A DNA stretch of 63,900 bases from Setoptus koraiensis (lineage: Eukaryota; Animalia; Arthropoda), in contig CM106586.1 in NCBI GenBank assembly GCA_048013815.1, forward strand, positions 1,984,001 through 2,047,900, read 5' to 3'. Numbering within the stretch: the first letter of the stretch is position 1; each line of letters begins with the position of its first letter. The notes beneath the pieces were generated by a model. It was not told the DNA's origin and ran no database searches. It worked only from the letters and a program-made list of their open reading frames with translations. Made by a program: the position numbers and the translations under genes. This document shows positions 39,129 to 52,614 of this stretch, in pieces.

Positions 39129-39692
39129 ATGGCAGATGATTTCAAATCAGGCTCAACAATGAATCGTCAAGAGATGCTCAAGGCGGCCGTGTATTTTCTA
39201 CAAAATCCGCAACTGTCTGGTAGTCCACTAAGCTCAAAGAGAAAATTCTTACTAGATAAGGGATTATTAGAAGAGGAAATCGAGGATGCCATTAATCTAG
39301 CTCTAAGCCATGTGGCAAATAATCAACAGTCACCCCAGAAATCAAGTAAGTGGAACTTCTTACTTATATTGGGACTCTGCTACGGAGGCTATTCTCTCTA
39401 CAACTTTTACACGACATATAAAGAAACAAAGCGAATGGAAAAGCAACGCAAACTAGATGAAAATGCTCAAAAGAAACCAGTGTACACCCTCAAAGATATT
39501 ATGGACAGAATGTCGGCCATCCAACGCACTCTTGATCTACAAAAATCGTCCCTATCTAATGAGATCCAGTCTGTGAAATCTTTATTACTTAGTCATAATC
39601 AATTCACGGGGCCACCAACCATTCCAGCTTGGCAATTGAATGATGAAGAAAAGTCTAAGCCTGAATCACCAATTGCTCCCAATCCTGTATAA
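39129..39692 (+). CDS. PEX14: Peroxisomal membrane protein PEX14 (compact, 187 aa)
   Basis: Pex14 N-terminal domain (AVYFLQNPQL..SPLSSKRKFLLDKGL.EEEI), a hydrophobic segment (WNFLLILGLCYGGY), a coiled coil, and the conserved IQSVKSLLL...QF..P..IPAWQ motif. Confidence 0.93.
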   Translation: MADDFKSGSTMNRQEMLKAAVYFLQNPQLSGSPLSSKRKFLLDKGLLEEEIEDAINLALSHVANNQQSPQKSSKWNFLLILGLCYGGYSLYNFYTTYKETKRMEKQRKLDENAQKKPVYTLKDIMDRMSAIQRTLDLQKSSLSNEIQSVKSLLLSHNQFTGPPTIPAWQLNDEEKSKPESPIAPNPV

Positions 39693-42600
39693 CGGTCCAA
39701 TGCAACGATTCCGGCAGCCACAGTAGATATTCTTGTTTCAGGTCTGATATCAAAAATTAAGAAAAAATCAATAGATCAATATTTGGGGATTCACACAAAA
39801 GATTATCACAATCAAATTAAACACTCACATTCCGGTTCAACTTTCAGTATCCTTAACAACTGCTTCTTTGACTTAACATCCCTAGCGACAAGAGCTTTGA
39901 GTAGTTTCTCCGTCCTTGGTTGAAGTTTAGCCCATGGTTTTATCATGATAGAGGCGGGAGATAATAACTTTGGACTGTACGTTTGGAACCATGGTAAAAC
40001 CTGACCATTTAGCAGATACACAGCAAAGTGTTTGTATATCTCTACGCCTCTTTCCACCAAATGCAGTGGAACATCAACAGGTCCAATAGACCAAGATAAT
40101 GGACCAAATATACTTGATCTGCGACATGTAATCACATCTCGTTTAGAATCATAATTGGTCTTCAGGGTAGTTTCTTCTGGAGGATCGTTGAACGTACAAA
40201 GCTTGAATCCATATTCCGGAAGCCATTCTGGTTCGATCTCCACTAAGTCTCGCATGTATAATTTGTCACTATTCTCGTATATTTCTTTATATATAACAAA
40301 CTGAGGCTGGCTCACCTTCAGTACCGATTCCTGACTTATGAAAACTGGTTTTTCAACCTCAAGACATTCATAAGCATTTTTTAGCGGCTTGCTGGAGACA
40401 CTCTGATAGTGCCTTTCGTCGTTAAAAGTCTTACTCTCAGTATTTGGTATTTGGCATCCATCGGGCAACTTCCTTGCACAATGATCAAAGAATGAGGATA
40501 GTATAAGCTGACGTAGGATCCTCGCTTGGGCATCCGTAATTTTCAAACTGCAATCATCGAGTCGTATATTTGTGTCATTCATGGCTGAATTAACTTCGTT
40601 GGTGAGTTGCGTTCGAAGTTTGTGTATCTCAAGCATGGATTTACTTCTTAGGCCGTGCTTCTCACAGAATTCCAGAGAGCAACCCGATTTCTCGGATTCG
40701 CCGACCGCTCTCAAAATAATCATTATATCGCCTAGAGCTCTCATGTTATCCCCTTTTCCACGCCATGCCTTCCTGATCTCGAACCATTTGCTTCTTTTTC
40801 TCTTTCTATTGTCTTTGCCGACATAAATATCAAAATCTGTGAGGAAAATTTCACGAACTGTTAATGCGGAAACTATAGCTATGACGTGAGGTAATAGATC
40901 CGGCGGCGACATAGCCAACATTTTTGCAAATCTAGCGCCAACTGCAAAGCAAGCCATCGCTTTACCCAATTTAGTGGGTCTTGAGCAAAATTCTACACCT
41001 GCAACATCCTTGTTGGAGGAAAATTTGGGCTTCTCGTTGAGTGCACCTAGAAGAATTAATTTATTCTCAGCCGAAACTAAGGCTTCTTCACTGGGTCTGG
41101 TAGGGAAAGGAAAGTTTACGACGTTGTCAATATTCATCGATTTCATTTGAAGTACTAGGTCTTCTATGGGTTTTTTAACTATGTGTGGTTCGGCGAATTC
41201 GGAAAAGTCATTCACATAAACTGCAGATGAGTATAGTCTGAAACAATGACCTGGTCCTGTTCTGCCTGCTCGTCCTTTTCGTTGCTCTGCTGATGCCTTT
41301 GAAGTCCAAATCGTAGTAAATTTGGAAATTCCTGTAACTGTGTCATAGACTTTGGTCTTTTCTTTTCCTGTATCCACCACATAACGTATATTTGGGATGG
41401 TCAATGAAGTTTCGGCCACATTTGTAGCAACAACACAAAATCTGGCGTCTGCTGGTGGTTCTTTGAAAACCAGATTTTGTTTTTCAATTGGCAGCATAGC
41501 ATATAGACCTAAACAGTATAAAGGTGAACAATTTTCTTGAAAATTACCCATTGAATCTCGATCGTCTGCATCGTCCTCAGAATCTTCATCGTCTCCAGAC
41601 TCATCATAGTTCATCTCCAATTGATTCTTAGTTAAGTCATATTCAGACTCCTCGTCTGGTGCGCCCTCCTCTTCCTCTTGATCCGCAACTAACTCTAATT
41701 TGTACTTGTCGATAACAACATCATCATTTAGATCTAGAGCTTCATCAGCGTGCTTCGGATTGTCTTGTTGAACTTCGTTGCTGAGAGTCTGTGCCTTTTG
41801 TTTTTTATATTTAACTTCCCTCTTAGTTTTGGGGTAATTCTTCATCGGGAAACGTTGTCTTAACTTCTGACACAACACTCTTACATCTTGTTGACTAGTG
41901 ACAAATACTAGAATACCTCCCTTGGGTAAGCGACTATGAATCCTACAAACTTTCTTGTAAGCAGCTTCCAACCAATCTGTCGGAGTATTACGCTGGAATT
42001 GGACAGATACGGGATATTGGCGCGCTTCGATATCTATAACAGGTGGTGGATTTCTGAACAAAAAATTATTCTGAGTGAAATCTGATACTCTCAGTGTAGC
42101 TGACATAATGATGAGCTTGAGAGGATCACCTTTTTTCGCCCTAAGTGGTACTATCCTCGAGAGGAGACCAATCAATATATCAGAGAATACACTTCGCTCG
42201 TGGGCCTCATCGATAATTATGGCTGAATACTTCGATAACAAGAAGTCTTTCTGACACTCTTTCAAAAGTATACCGTCGGTCATAAATTTTATCCTGGTCC
42301 TCGTGGACACGTCACCTGAGAATCTAATTTGATAAGAGACCTCACCTTCAAGCAGATTGAGCTCTTGAGCTACTCTACTAGTCATTGATATAGCTGCCAC
42401 CCTTCTGGGCTCTGTTATGCCAATCATTTTTCCGTCTAATGCATAACCAGCCTCGAAAAGGAATTGTGGTAATTGTGTTGTTTTACCTGAACCTGTTTCG
42501 CCAGAGATGACCACAACATCGTTGTAGGTTATCTCTTCCATGATCCGTTGCTCCTCTCCTATAATAGGAAGTTGATGCCTTAATTTATCTATCTCAGGGT

Positions 42601-43225
42601 CACGGTATGTTGCAACATACACGGATTTTTTTATCTTTTTAACCTGACTCATTTGCTTATTTTGCACCACCGACCTAATTTGTACCGAGTTCTTTTGACT
42701 TTGTGCTCTCTCTATACTAAGATCCGATTGTTTAACAGGTGAAGCGATTGACGGTTGCCGTATTTCACTCATAGAGTATATCTCTGTATCACTACTGTTG
42801 TAATTACTAGATTCGTCGTCTGAGCTAACATTGTCAGTGTCTTCTGAATCACTGGAGGACGAAATAATGTCAAATTTGTCACAGTCCTTCTTTTTTCTTT
42901 TCCTACTGTAAAGAGTTGCAGCATTCAACCTATTTTCTTCAATTTGCTCTGCAATTCTGCTATATTCCAAGGAGGATTTCGAATCAATTTTCTTAGTGAA
43001 ACGTTTCAGACCTTTCGTTTGCATATATGATGTTGAATGCAATTTGTTCTGTTGCTCAGGATCCAGTCGATACTGTTTCAAATCCTCAATTAGATTTGTT
43101 CTATTTGATTTTAGCTTTCTCCTTTGGACAACTTTTTCTAATTTCTTTTTCTGCTTGTGTGACACGATGGCGGCAGTCGCCAAACGGCGTGCCTCCATCT
43201 TTTTTCTAATATCCATTCGACCCAT
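39655..43225 (-). CDS. DHX37: DEAH-box RNA helicase DHX37/Dhr1/kurz; exons 43225..39829 and 39743..39655 (1,161 aa)
   Basis: Motifs GETGSGKTTQLPQFL, IIDEAHERS, MSAT, ATNVAETSLTIP and QRKGRAGR. An 85-nt GT-AG intron at 39828..39744 (T|GTGAGT...ATCAG|AC) restores the family-like C-terminus YLKQEYLLWLPESLH. Confidence 0.95.
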
Positions 43226-44894
43226 GTCGGAGTTGAGTTTATTTGGTTAGGACTATTTATTGAAATGTTATAATAATAATAAAAATTTAATAATAAAAAT
43301 GCAAGTGAACAGAAAATGAGCTGTGTGATAACATGTGCTAATGCATGTTAACACACAGCCGGCCGATCGGTAACTTTTGCGAGTTCTAGCAGCACGTGCT
43401 TAGTGATCGGGGGAGAGCGGGAGAGCGTCTCCCAAATGGGCGCCTCCCCTCTCCCCTCCCGTTCAAATGTTAGTTTTTCTCAAATAGAGCCGAATTATCT
43501 AGTCGACATTGACAATAATCCGTTGATTGACGATGACAAACGATTTCGTAAGTATGTTGGACATGCTTATGTCTAACATACTATCATACTTACTAATAGT
43601 AGTTAGTTACTATCATGTTTATATTATTCGTTTATATTCTGCGGGATATCGGTGGACTAGTCGTCTTGTCTCTAGGTATCCGATACAAGGGGAATTTATC
43701 ACATAGATTTCTAAAAGGTAACAGTAACCATCATCCTGTGACTAGCAATACCGCAACGTGATACTAGATAAGGTTTGAATCATTGAGCTTGTGCATGATG
43801 TTTATATCTTTGACGAACTCATCAGATCAGTGAAGTGAGATGAGGTGTGCGGCCCTGATGGTCATTTAAAACTTGTTTTTGGCTATATTTAAGATTGTTT
43901 GACACAATCTAGCATGTAGATTTTATTGTGCAGAGGCTAAAAAGCGCGCGTGAAATAGATGATACAATATCATCTATTTTACATATAAATATATGTACTG
44001 GCAACAGTATATTGTTACATAATAATGTATAATTTATAAATAAATATACGTGTAAAGCGATAGGAATATATGTAAATAAAATTATATTCTTATTTAAATC
44101 TTGCAAATCATTTGGTTTTCATCCCAAATATTTGCCATTTGTGTTAGCAAGTGTTTGTGTGTGCGACGAATTAAAGTTACTTCCGGAGCAAAAGTGCTTT
44201 TGGTGCTTTGCGCCTGACTAGATGTCAGATTACGATGTGATGTGATGCTAGAATGTGAAAAACATAAATCATATAACTTATTCAGATTGGTTGGTTAAAA
44301 ACAAAGAGTGGTAACTTGTTTTTGTCGATATGCAAATACACAATAATTATGGGCTGATGTGTGTGATCTCATGTATTTGTTTTTACGAAGACAATATCCA
44401 GTACAAATATGTTTGGTTTGTATAGTAAATGATCTATCTCCTCTTTACCTTGAATAGTTCATCTGCTAAGATGGCTTATAAGATATTATAGCTGGTTGGT
44501 TGCTAAATCGTTGACCCTAAATAACACTGATTGTGATAATTCTTCCGACATTTGTTGTGTGTATATATTTATATTGTGGCAAGACACAGTTCGAATGTCG
44601 TATTGGTTAATCAGATTGAGGATGTAAATCCATGATGATAGAGAGAATGTTTTAATTTATCAAATGAGTTATCATTAATATGGCAACTGTACTACTATAA
44701 CCATGAGTAGTAGTAGCAGTAGTAGTGGTGGTGGTATTAGTGGTAGTAGCAGTAGTATTATATAATTCTGAATTTTGAATTGATGGGATCTTGAGGTAAT
44801 TAGTTCAACTGGTTTCACTTGGTGTCTTGTATTCGATATTCTTAATTAGACTATTTAAATTACGTGATATATTAATGAGATCAATCTGTATGTT

Positions 44895-45295
44895 TCAAAG
44901 CTTTGAAATGAAGTTTTTCATTGTATTAAGTATGGTTCCGCCTTGTTGATTGGCACCCATGCCACCTTGTGAATTACCATACATATCTAAGTTGTTGTTG
45001 TATGTTTGCTCTCCGATTAAATTTCCTCTCATTGTATTAAATTGAGACATAGATTGCTGTTGTTGAATGTTATTATAAATTGATGATGCTTGTTGTTGTG
45101 GTTGAGACTGTGTCTGTTGCTGACTAGCATTAGAAGAGCTGTAATGCGACACAAAAGGTTGATTAGATGATGTGTTATAATTACCGCTCATACTGGACGG
45201 AAATTGCGATGGTTGATTAGGATTTCTAGGTGTTGTTGCGGCCTCTATGATCTGTTTACCGCTGGTAAGTAGATTGCTAAGCATTCCACCAGCTT

Positions 45296-45330
<35 letters not shown>

Positions 45331-48300
45331 TGTTGTAAAGTTAACTGACCCATATTGGTGGTATTTGTTTTTTGATTATTGATCTGAACTCCTGGTATAC
45401 TGTATGAGCCAGTGGATGTGTTGGTGTTATTTACATTCGTTGTTCCTGTTCCGTATCTAGTTTGTGATGATTGCACACTTGGGTTGGCTATAATTTGATT
45501 TGTTTGATTATTAGTTATTGCACCACCAATACCAACACAAATACCTTGACCACTCCATTCACCTTGATTATTAGAAGACAAACCATTAGCCCCTAAATTC
45601 AATGTTGTCGGACGATTTATGCTATTGTTTTGGTTTACAATGTCCATCATATCATGATTCATGTGATTATTGGACATGCTGTCATCAATTCTACCAACAC
45701 CAGTCTTTAAATTATGTTGCTGACTACTATTAACAGTTATTAAGGATGGCTGTGTTTGAAATGTTGTTTGTACCATTTGTCTGTTGTTTAATTGCTGTTG
45801 TTGTTGGACATTTGTTGGAATAACTGTTGAACGATCATATTGATTGAACGATTGCTGATTATAAACATTAATACCCACTCCCTGATTTGGCATCGGACTA
45901 GCTGTTACTCCCTGTTGTTGCAGCAGACGTTGCTGTTGGTATCTTCCTGGAACGTCAGTTCTGAGGTTGGCCATTTTCTGAATATTGCACGCAGAGCATA
46001 TAATGCGCAAGTACATAGACAGAATACAGATGGGATTGATGAACGGTTTATTAGATCGAGAATTTCTATTTGAATGCTATTAATAGCGTATCACTAATGT
46101 AGAATAGCCATAACTGATCGATTCTTGTAGTGAAAGAAAGAATTCTCAAGTTGTCTGAATTATAGGTGACCGTTTGTTACTCACTTGTTGTTGTTGTTGT
46201 ATTAGTTGCTGTTGTTGGGCCAGCGTCATAGGCTCCTCTCTCAGAAAATTTGATGGAACTAATCCTCTTTGTTTAGTTCTTTCTAACTCGCCCATATAGA
46301 AGCCGTCGGTATCCATTCGACCATAAACAATGATTACATCTCCCACTCTAAAAGATATCTCAGACTATACGTAATACGTAAGAAAAAAAAAATATATTGA
46401 TTAGTTGGTAATAGAGGTTCAAATCGCTCGATCTTGAGCTAAGTATCGTTAGTAGATGTTGCATAGTTACCTCGGTGTCGGCATTCGGCGAATTCTCCTG
46501 GGGATCATAGTCATACAACGCAATCATCTTTTTTACACTGATCTGTTCGGATTGTTGTTGCCACTGTTCTAATAGAGGAGCTGGAACTGCCGAATTGATT
46601 GGCAATTGCTGTTGAATCATCACAGAATTGGCTGGTGTCTGAGATTGTTGTAACATATTTGGTCTACCTCTAATGGGATTTAAATTTGAAACAAATTGCG
46701 CATTGACTACCTGTTGTTGTTTATCTGTTGTGCCTGGTCTAATATTGGGATCTGGTATCTCCGAAACAACATTACATGGGACATAACCCATTCTACCGTC
46801 TAATTCTCCTCTATAGAATCCGTCAACACCTAGTGAATGACATTATAGACAATTTCAGCATTATTAATTTGAGCTGTGGAAACAATGTAAAGGATAATTA
46901 ACCGATTAATGGATGACGAAACTTACCCTTGTCTCCATAAACTTTGATAACAGTTCCCTCGCGAAAAGCTAGCTCTTCGGATGCGGCATCTGGATTTGGG
47001 GACATGGTTGTTGGATCATAATCGAATAAGGCAACAAAATATCGCACCATGTCTTTGTCTATAGATGACGATTTGGCCTTGTACAACTTACGCAATCTGT
47101 TCTGCGCGTTATATGAACTATCAACTGAATGCGATTGACGCGATCTATTTCTAGCCTCAGGATTGTATCTATTCAATCTACCTTGTCTAGCACCTTTTAA
47201 GCGCATTGAATTCTCAAACTCCTCTTCAGAGTAGCTTTCATTGTGGTTCATCGTCATGTCGTTGCTAGTGTTGTTGGTCTCTTTTGTAATCTCTATCATT
47301 GGAATACTGGATCGTGAATCATCCGATTCTAGATTTTGCATCGAGCGCGTTACTCCTCTTAGGTCTTGATGACCAATCGAAGCTAAATTGGATCCGGCGT
47401 ATTTAAACTGGCCACTAGTACCAGTGCAACGTTGAACAGGATTGGAACGATTAAATGTGCCCGAATGTCTCAAAGCCGATTGCCTATAATCGTTATGCAA
47501 AGGCTGTTTCATTGTGCGTTGCTGATGGGAATCGATCTGTCGAGGCATCCAGCATTGCATTTGTAATAATAATAATCATAAGGCGATCAAATGTTAATTA
47601 TTAAGGCGTTAATAGAATCACGCTGACGATAAAAAGATTGATGAGCTCACCTTGGATTTACAGTTAGATTTTAAATATTCGTCTGGTATTTGGCATGGCA
47701 TGGAATCTTGTGAAAGATTTTCACCTGATTTTGTTCGGACAGTTACCGACTTTTTGTGTAGACTCTCCAAGTCTACAAGATCTAACAATGCATGATCACC
47801 TGTGGGACTGTCGATGTCAGCCAGTTTTTTATGTCCAGCAAAAACAGCGTAACCAGTAACAGCGCACCCATTAGAGGTACCGCAATTGTTCAATGTTAGG
47901 GGTAACCATGTAACAAGGAGAGTTTTCTGTTGGGGTCCGGCCTCTACTTGAACATTTACTGGCGGATCCGGTAGACCTATACACGCAATTGTTCAGTGAT
48001 ATAGATTGATGATGTATGATTGTGATAGGGTAAAAGCTGCAATAGTGTTCAAAATAATAGAAATAATGATATCAATAAAGGTAATACTCACTTTTAGGCA
48101 CTGTTCTAAAATCGACATAAGTTGTTAGAGATTCCAATTTTTTCGGATTCTTCTCATCGATGGCAAGCAACTTGCCCGGCTTGGCTCTCACCCACACTCT
48201 GTATAATGTGTTAGCAGATAAACCATTAATTAGATGCTTATAAATACCAGGTCTCACTGTTTGCACTTCAACACTATTCACAGCGACGACATGATGAAAG

Positions 48301-49505
48301 TTACTATTGCAAGGCAACCAACTGATTAATGCAGAGTCCGAAGTTATATGCGACGCTTTTACACATGATGGTGCAAATGGTATGTTTTTGCCGATAACTA
48401 TTGTGCAACCGGCATCATTCGAATGTCTGCCATGATGATCAATAGCCCTGGCGCTAATTCTATGCGGTATATTCGAATCTACTCCCTCTAATAATGCCTT
48501 AGTTCTGTCACCACTTGGCACCGTTGATTTAAGCACTCCATCAACATAAATCTGATATGACACTATTGTACCTTTGGCCGCTTGCGGATGTAACCAACCA
48601 ATTAAGATGCTCTTGTTTAATTGACGCTCTAACATTAATCTTTGTGGCGGTGAAACAGCCTTTCGCATCTGTTCTGCTTCGGCGCGCTCATAATCCGACA
48701 AACACTCATCGTCTATTTCTGTTACGTCATCTAAATCAACATAATCATTCATACGATGAAAATCTTCTGGCGCTAATAAATGTTGGAAGTTTGTATGACC
48801 AATTGTATCATTAACTATGGCATCATAAAATTCGGGCGGATAGCTAGCACCTTCTGAGTCATCGTCGCCGTGCTGGCCAAACAAAATGGTGGCTTGAAAA
48901 TCAAATAAATCCTCGCCAGTTAATCTATCTAGCCAATTCGATGGAACATAACCTCTGCGACCGTCCATTAGTTCGCCAATAAAGAAACCGTCCTCATCTA
49001 TTTCCTCAAACGCCAATATGTATTCGCCAGCGACAAAGGCTAGCTCGGCATCTGGGTTATCATTTGGAGATTGCTTAAATGGATCATAACTATATTTGGC
49101 CATGTAAACTTTGCATCTACCCCTACCAGGTATCTCAATTGAATCAACGGCATCCTCCACTTGGCGCATCTCATCGAATTGCTGCTGCAATAATTGCTGG
49201 CCAATGCTACTTTGAGCCCGACTTGAGGCCATCGGCACTTGGTTAGCTGCGACTGCAGATGCCGATACTGATGGCAATCTATCTAATGGAAGAGAAGACT
49301 GATGGCGTAATTGTTGTCCTTCATGACCAATTATATTGGATGAAGAAGTTGCTTGGATTTTGTCAAATTGATCCGAATTCGATCCTATCGCTGGCTTACA
49401 AGCATTCTGGCTAAGTTGTTTTATTTTAGAATCGAGCTCTGCTATAATTTGGTTGTCCCTCTCCAGCTTAGCCATCAACTCATTCAGATTCAATTGACGA
49501 CTCAT
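44895..49505 (-). CDS. RIMBP2: RIMS-binding protein (SH3-FN3x3-SH3-SH3); exons 49505..48092, 47976..47651, 47536..46927, 46829..46471, 46364..46185, 45977..44895 (1,323 aa)
   Basis: SH3 domains (YSYDPFKQSPNDNPDAEL..., FDYDPTTMSPNPD..., YDYDPQENSPNAD...) and FN3 repeats (PPQRLMLERQLNKSILIGW; LPDPPVNVQVEAGP). Five GT-AG introns of 97-207 nt with consistent phases give an exon sum of 3972 nt (1324 codons). The acceptors of exons 3 and 6 and the start codon are less certain. Confidence 0.92.
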
Positions 49506-50475
49506 ACTACTGCTGCTACTTGTGCCGTTTACTCCATACAGTTGTCATTGATTATCTAATTCTCTTCCTCCCCCAACTGCCTTCTATTGCTTCTTTAATT
49601 GTGTTATAATAGATAATAACTATATTGTTGGTGCCAAATATTAATTTTAATAATGTTTATTCATCTATCTGGTGATGGCTGGTCTGGTTTTTGGTTTGCT
49701 AACAGAACGGTCTTTTTCCACTACGAAGCTTCGCAGATCTGCAGGACTGAGGCGTGCGCCATAGCTCTCCATTATTAAACTGGTACTGTGCGAGAAAGGG
49801 GCCCACATGTTTGCAAAGAAACAGGAAGAAGCAGCAAGACCACAACCAAATATCGGTTGTTGTCAAAAAATAATAACACGATATTAAGTTTTATTTTTAT
49901 TTTTACTTATGTTTGATGAGTACACATCGAGATATAATTGTTCAACACCGAACCGAAATATTAATTATGCTATCTTTAACTGTCTTCGATCTAACCAGCG
50001 ATGACAATGACGATCATTTCTGAGCTGATCGGACCCATAAATGCATCTTGAAACACAACTGATTCTAGAAGACATGAGAAGAGGGGGCCACCAGGAATGC
50101 ATTAAACTACAGCTGAGTTTCACACTTCCTTAGTTATATAACAAACATGTAACTTATTTATACTTTATTAAAGTAATGCATTCAAATCATATATGGCTAT
50201 GATCAATGTATTCTTCTTATTGGTAGAAAGATGCCTTTTGACACTTTCAATTAATCATATCATGAACTCCTGTCTATATAATAGACGTACACGTGTTTCC
50301 ATGTTATGCGAGAGATTATCGATTCCTATCACTGAGAAGAGACACAGATTCATTCATGAGTTGGCTTCAGGATGAACGTCAAGTTTGATATCCTGGTAGT
50401 ATTTTAGCCTCATTCTACTACTCTGGCAAAGAGATGTAAATATAAATTAAGTTTAGTTAATTAACGAATTGCGGT

Positions 50476-52079
50476 CTAGAATTTGGGACCAAGTGAAGAA
50501 AAGCACAATTTCAAAATATGATGCTTGCCCCCGGGATTCGGCATTGGAATATGATTACACATGACAAGAGCTTCAACTGCCTCCTGAACATCTTTGAATT
50601 GTATTAGACCCGATGAGTAGCGTTCGGCTATTGATATCAAAAAACATTACGCGATAAAAATACAGAGAAAGATAGAGGATGACATAAGGTATTAAAATAA
50701 GGCTCGCGCTGGAGTGGTAAGAAGTTTTCTCTCAGGAGGTGTGATAGCTTACATTTTGGGGGAAAGAATCGCACAGCTGAGGGTGTAATAGAACAAGACT
50801 CTTTGAATAGATCCACCATTTCATCCTCCGTACAACCGTGAGGGGCATTAAAGAAATGTAATACTTTAGCAGGAGCCGATATGCGATTTTTGCTAGCAGC
50901 TTCTGGATTAGTGAAACGGTTATACCTGTTTCCCATGAAATCAATAAAAGATGGGGATCCATCTGGTAGGTCGAATGGTTGCGCAACATCATTTAGGAAA
51001 GCCTGTTTAGAGTAGCTCAATTGCATCTCACATCCAAAAAATGGTAAGCTATTGAGTGTATTAACGCACCGATCAACAGCTGTGAGTTCTCCCATTTGCA
51101 CCATGGCGCAGCCCTCCTTGGAGCGAAGGAACTTTACTCTGACAACATTGCCATACAAACAAAATAAATTGAATAGTCTGTCACAATTTACTTTCTCATG
51201 GTTTAAACCGTAAACCATCATTACGCAACCCTGATGCGCGCCTCCGATCAGTGGCGGCGGTCCTGAAATGAGTGGTCCCGATCCATTTGGTCCAGCTGAG
51301 AATAGGCCAGTCTGATTATTGTGAGGGCCACCCACCATAACTTGTCTACTGTCTTGTCTATATGGGTCACCACTATGCTGCATATAGGGATCAGTCTGAG
51401 GATACGATGTCTGAGGTGGACCACCGCCACCACTGGTGGCACCACCTCCACCGCCAGGAGCACCGCTACCAGCACCGGCACTGGTTCCACCAGCGGTGGC
51501 AGCACCTCTAGATACGCCAAAGTTTCCGTCATGATGGAATGTGTCGCCTTGACCGTCATATCCTTGGTTCTGATGATGCTGTTGTTGTTGCTGATGATGA
51601 TGGTGGTGATGATGGCTAGGGTTAGAATGATGATGATGATGATGAGTAGCCGAATTTGAGCCAGCACCTCTATGATGGCCACCACCCCCAGGACCCACGT
51701 GATGATGAGCGCCGCCTGGTCCATGTGGTCCAGATGTTGTTCCGTCTCTTCCATCTCGGCCTCCTGAGCCTAGTGTTAGATTGGTATAATCATAGCTGTC
51801 GCTGTCATTTTTATAAACATTCAATCTAGTTGGCTTGGCGTATTCCACTCTTAATGTGCAACAATCATTATAAATGTCGCAGCCATGTAAAGCTTGTTTG
51901 GCCTTTTTAGCCGACTCAATACTATCAAATTCAACCATTGCTTGTAGGCCATTCTTTTTGAATATGACTATTCTTAGCACTTTTCCATAACTAGAACAAA
52001 TTTGATTAATAATATCGCACGTGATAGGATAGGCCGGATTTATGACAGTCATTAATAGAATATGATTAATAGCTGACAT
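50476..52079 (-). CDS. HNRNPL: Heterogeneous nuclear ribonucleoprotein L / smooth (RRM2-RRM3-RRM4); exons 52079..50753 and 50627..50476 (492 aa)
   Basis: NHILLMTVINPAYPIT...RIVIFKKNGLQAMVEFD...CCTLRVEYAKP (RRM2) and CVMMVYGLNHEKVNCDRLFNLFCLYGNV (RRM3). A 125-nt intron at 50752..50628 restores SERYSSGLIQF...LKLCFS (end of RRM4). Confidence 0.93.
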
Positions 52080-52242
52080 GATAATTTGAATTAATTGATA
52101 ATAATAATAGTAGTAAATTGTAGAATTGGATGAACCAATGATTGTAGATGATAGTGATGAAAAATTAAGTGAGATATTCGCACGAGCGACAAATTTGTTT
52201 TAGAATCCGATATCTTTAGACTCATACTTGTATGGTGTATAG

Positions 52243-52614
52243 GGTGTGAGGTCCAATACTACGAGTTTATACAGATCAAGTTACGCTGCCTTCCACAGTG
52301 CAATTTCTGCACACAAGCACTGTGCGCTGCTTCCAATGTGCACCGATTTTTTTGTGAAATATCCAACAGAGGCGCTGCTCACATTTTGTTCAACGAACAA
52401 CTCGGTGCAGCGCCGCTCTCGTGGATCTTTTGTAAACTAATTTAGGTGCAGCAGAAAAACATGTGCTTGCTCAAATCGCACAGTTCGTGCGTAAGCTTGA
52501 GTTTGAGCGTGTTTAGCGCCACAGTCCAACAGAAGCACATAATACTACTTTGCACTCTCTGTGCTTTTGTGCAGCACAGGAGCTTTCGGACCTTGCAGTA
52601 TTGGACCTCACACC
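52243..52614. mobile_element. MITE-like element, 372 bp, with 18-bp perfect terminal inverted repeats
   Basis: GGTGTGAGGTCCAATACT (52243-52260) and AGTATTGGACCTCACACC (52597-52614); non-coding interior; no clear TSD. Confidence 0.7.

Noticed and set aside
39812-39829. DHX37 ending at the ORF-track stop (...EPECECLI*)
   Set aside because: The tail is read-through of a GTGAGT donor; splicing restores a conserved C-terminal exon.
49665-49772. 35-aa minus-strand ORF (MESYGARLSPADLRSFV...) upstream of the RIM-BP start
   Set aside because: It could be a uORF or an alternative first exon, but it has no convincing donor and no homology support.
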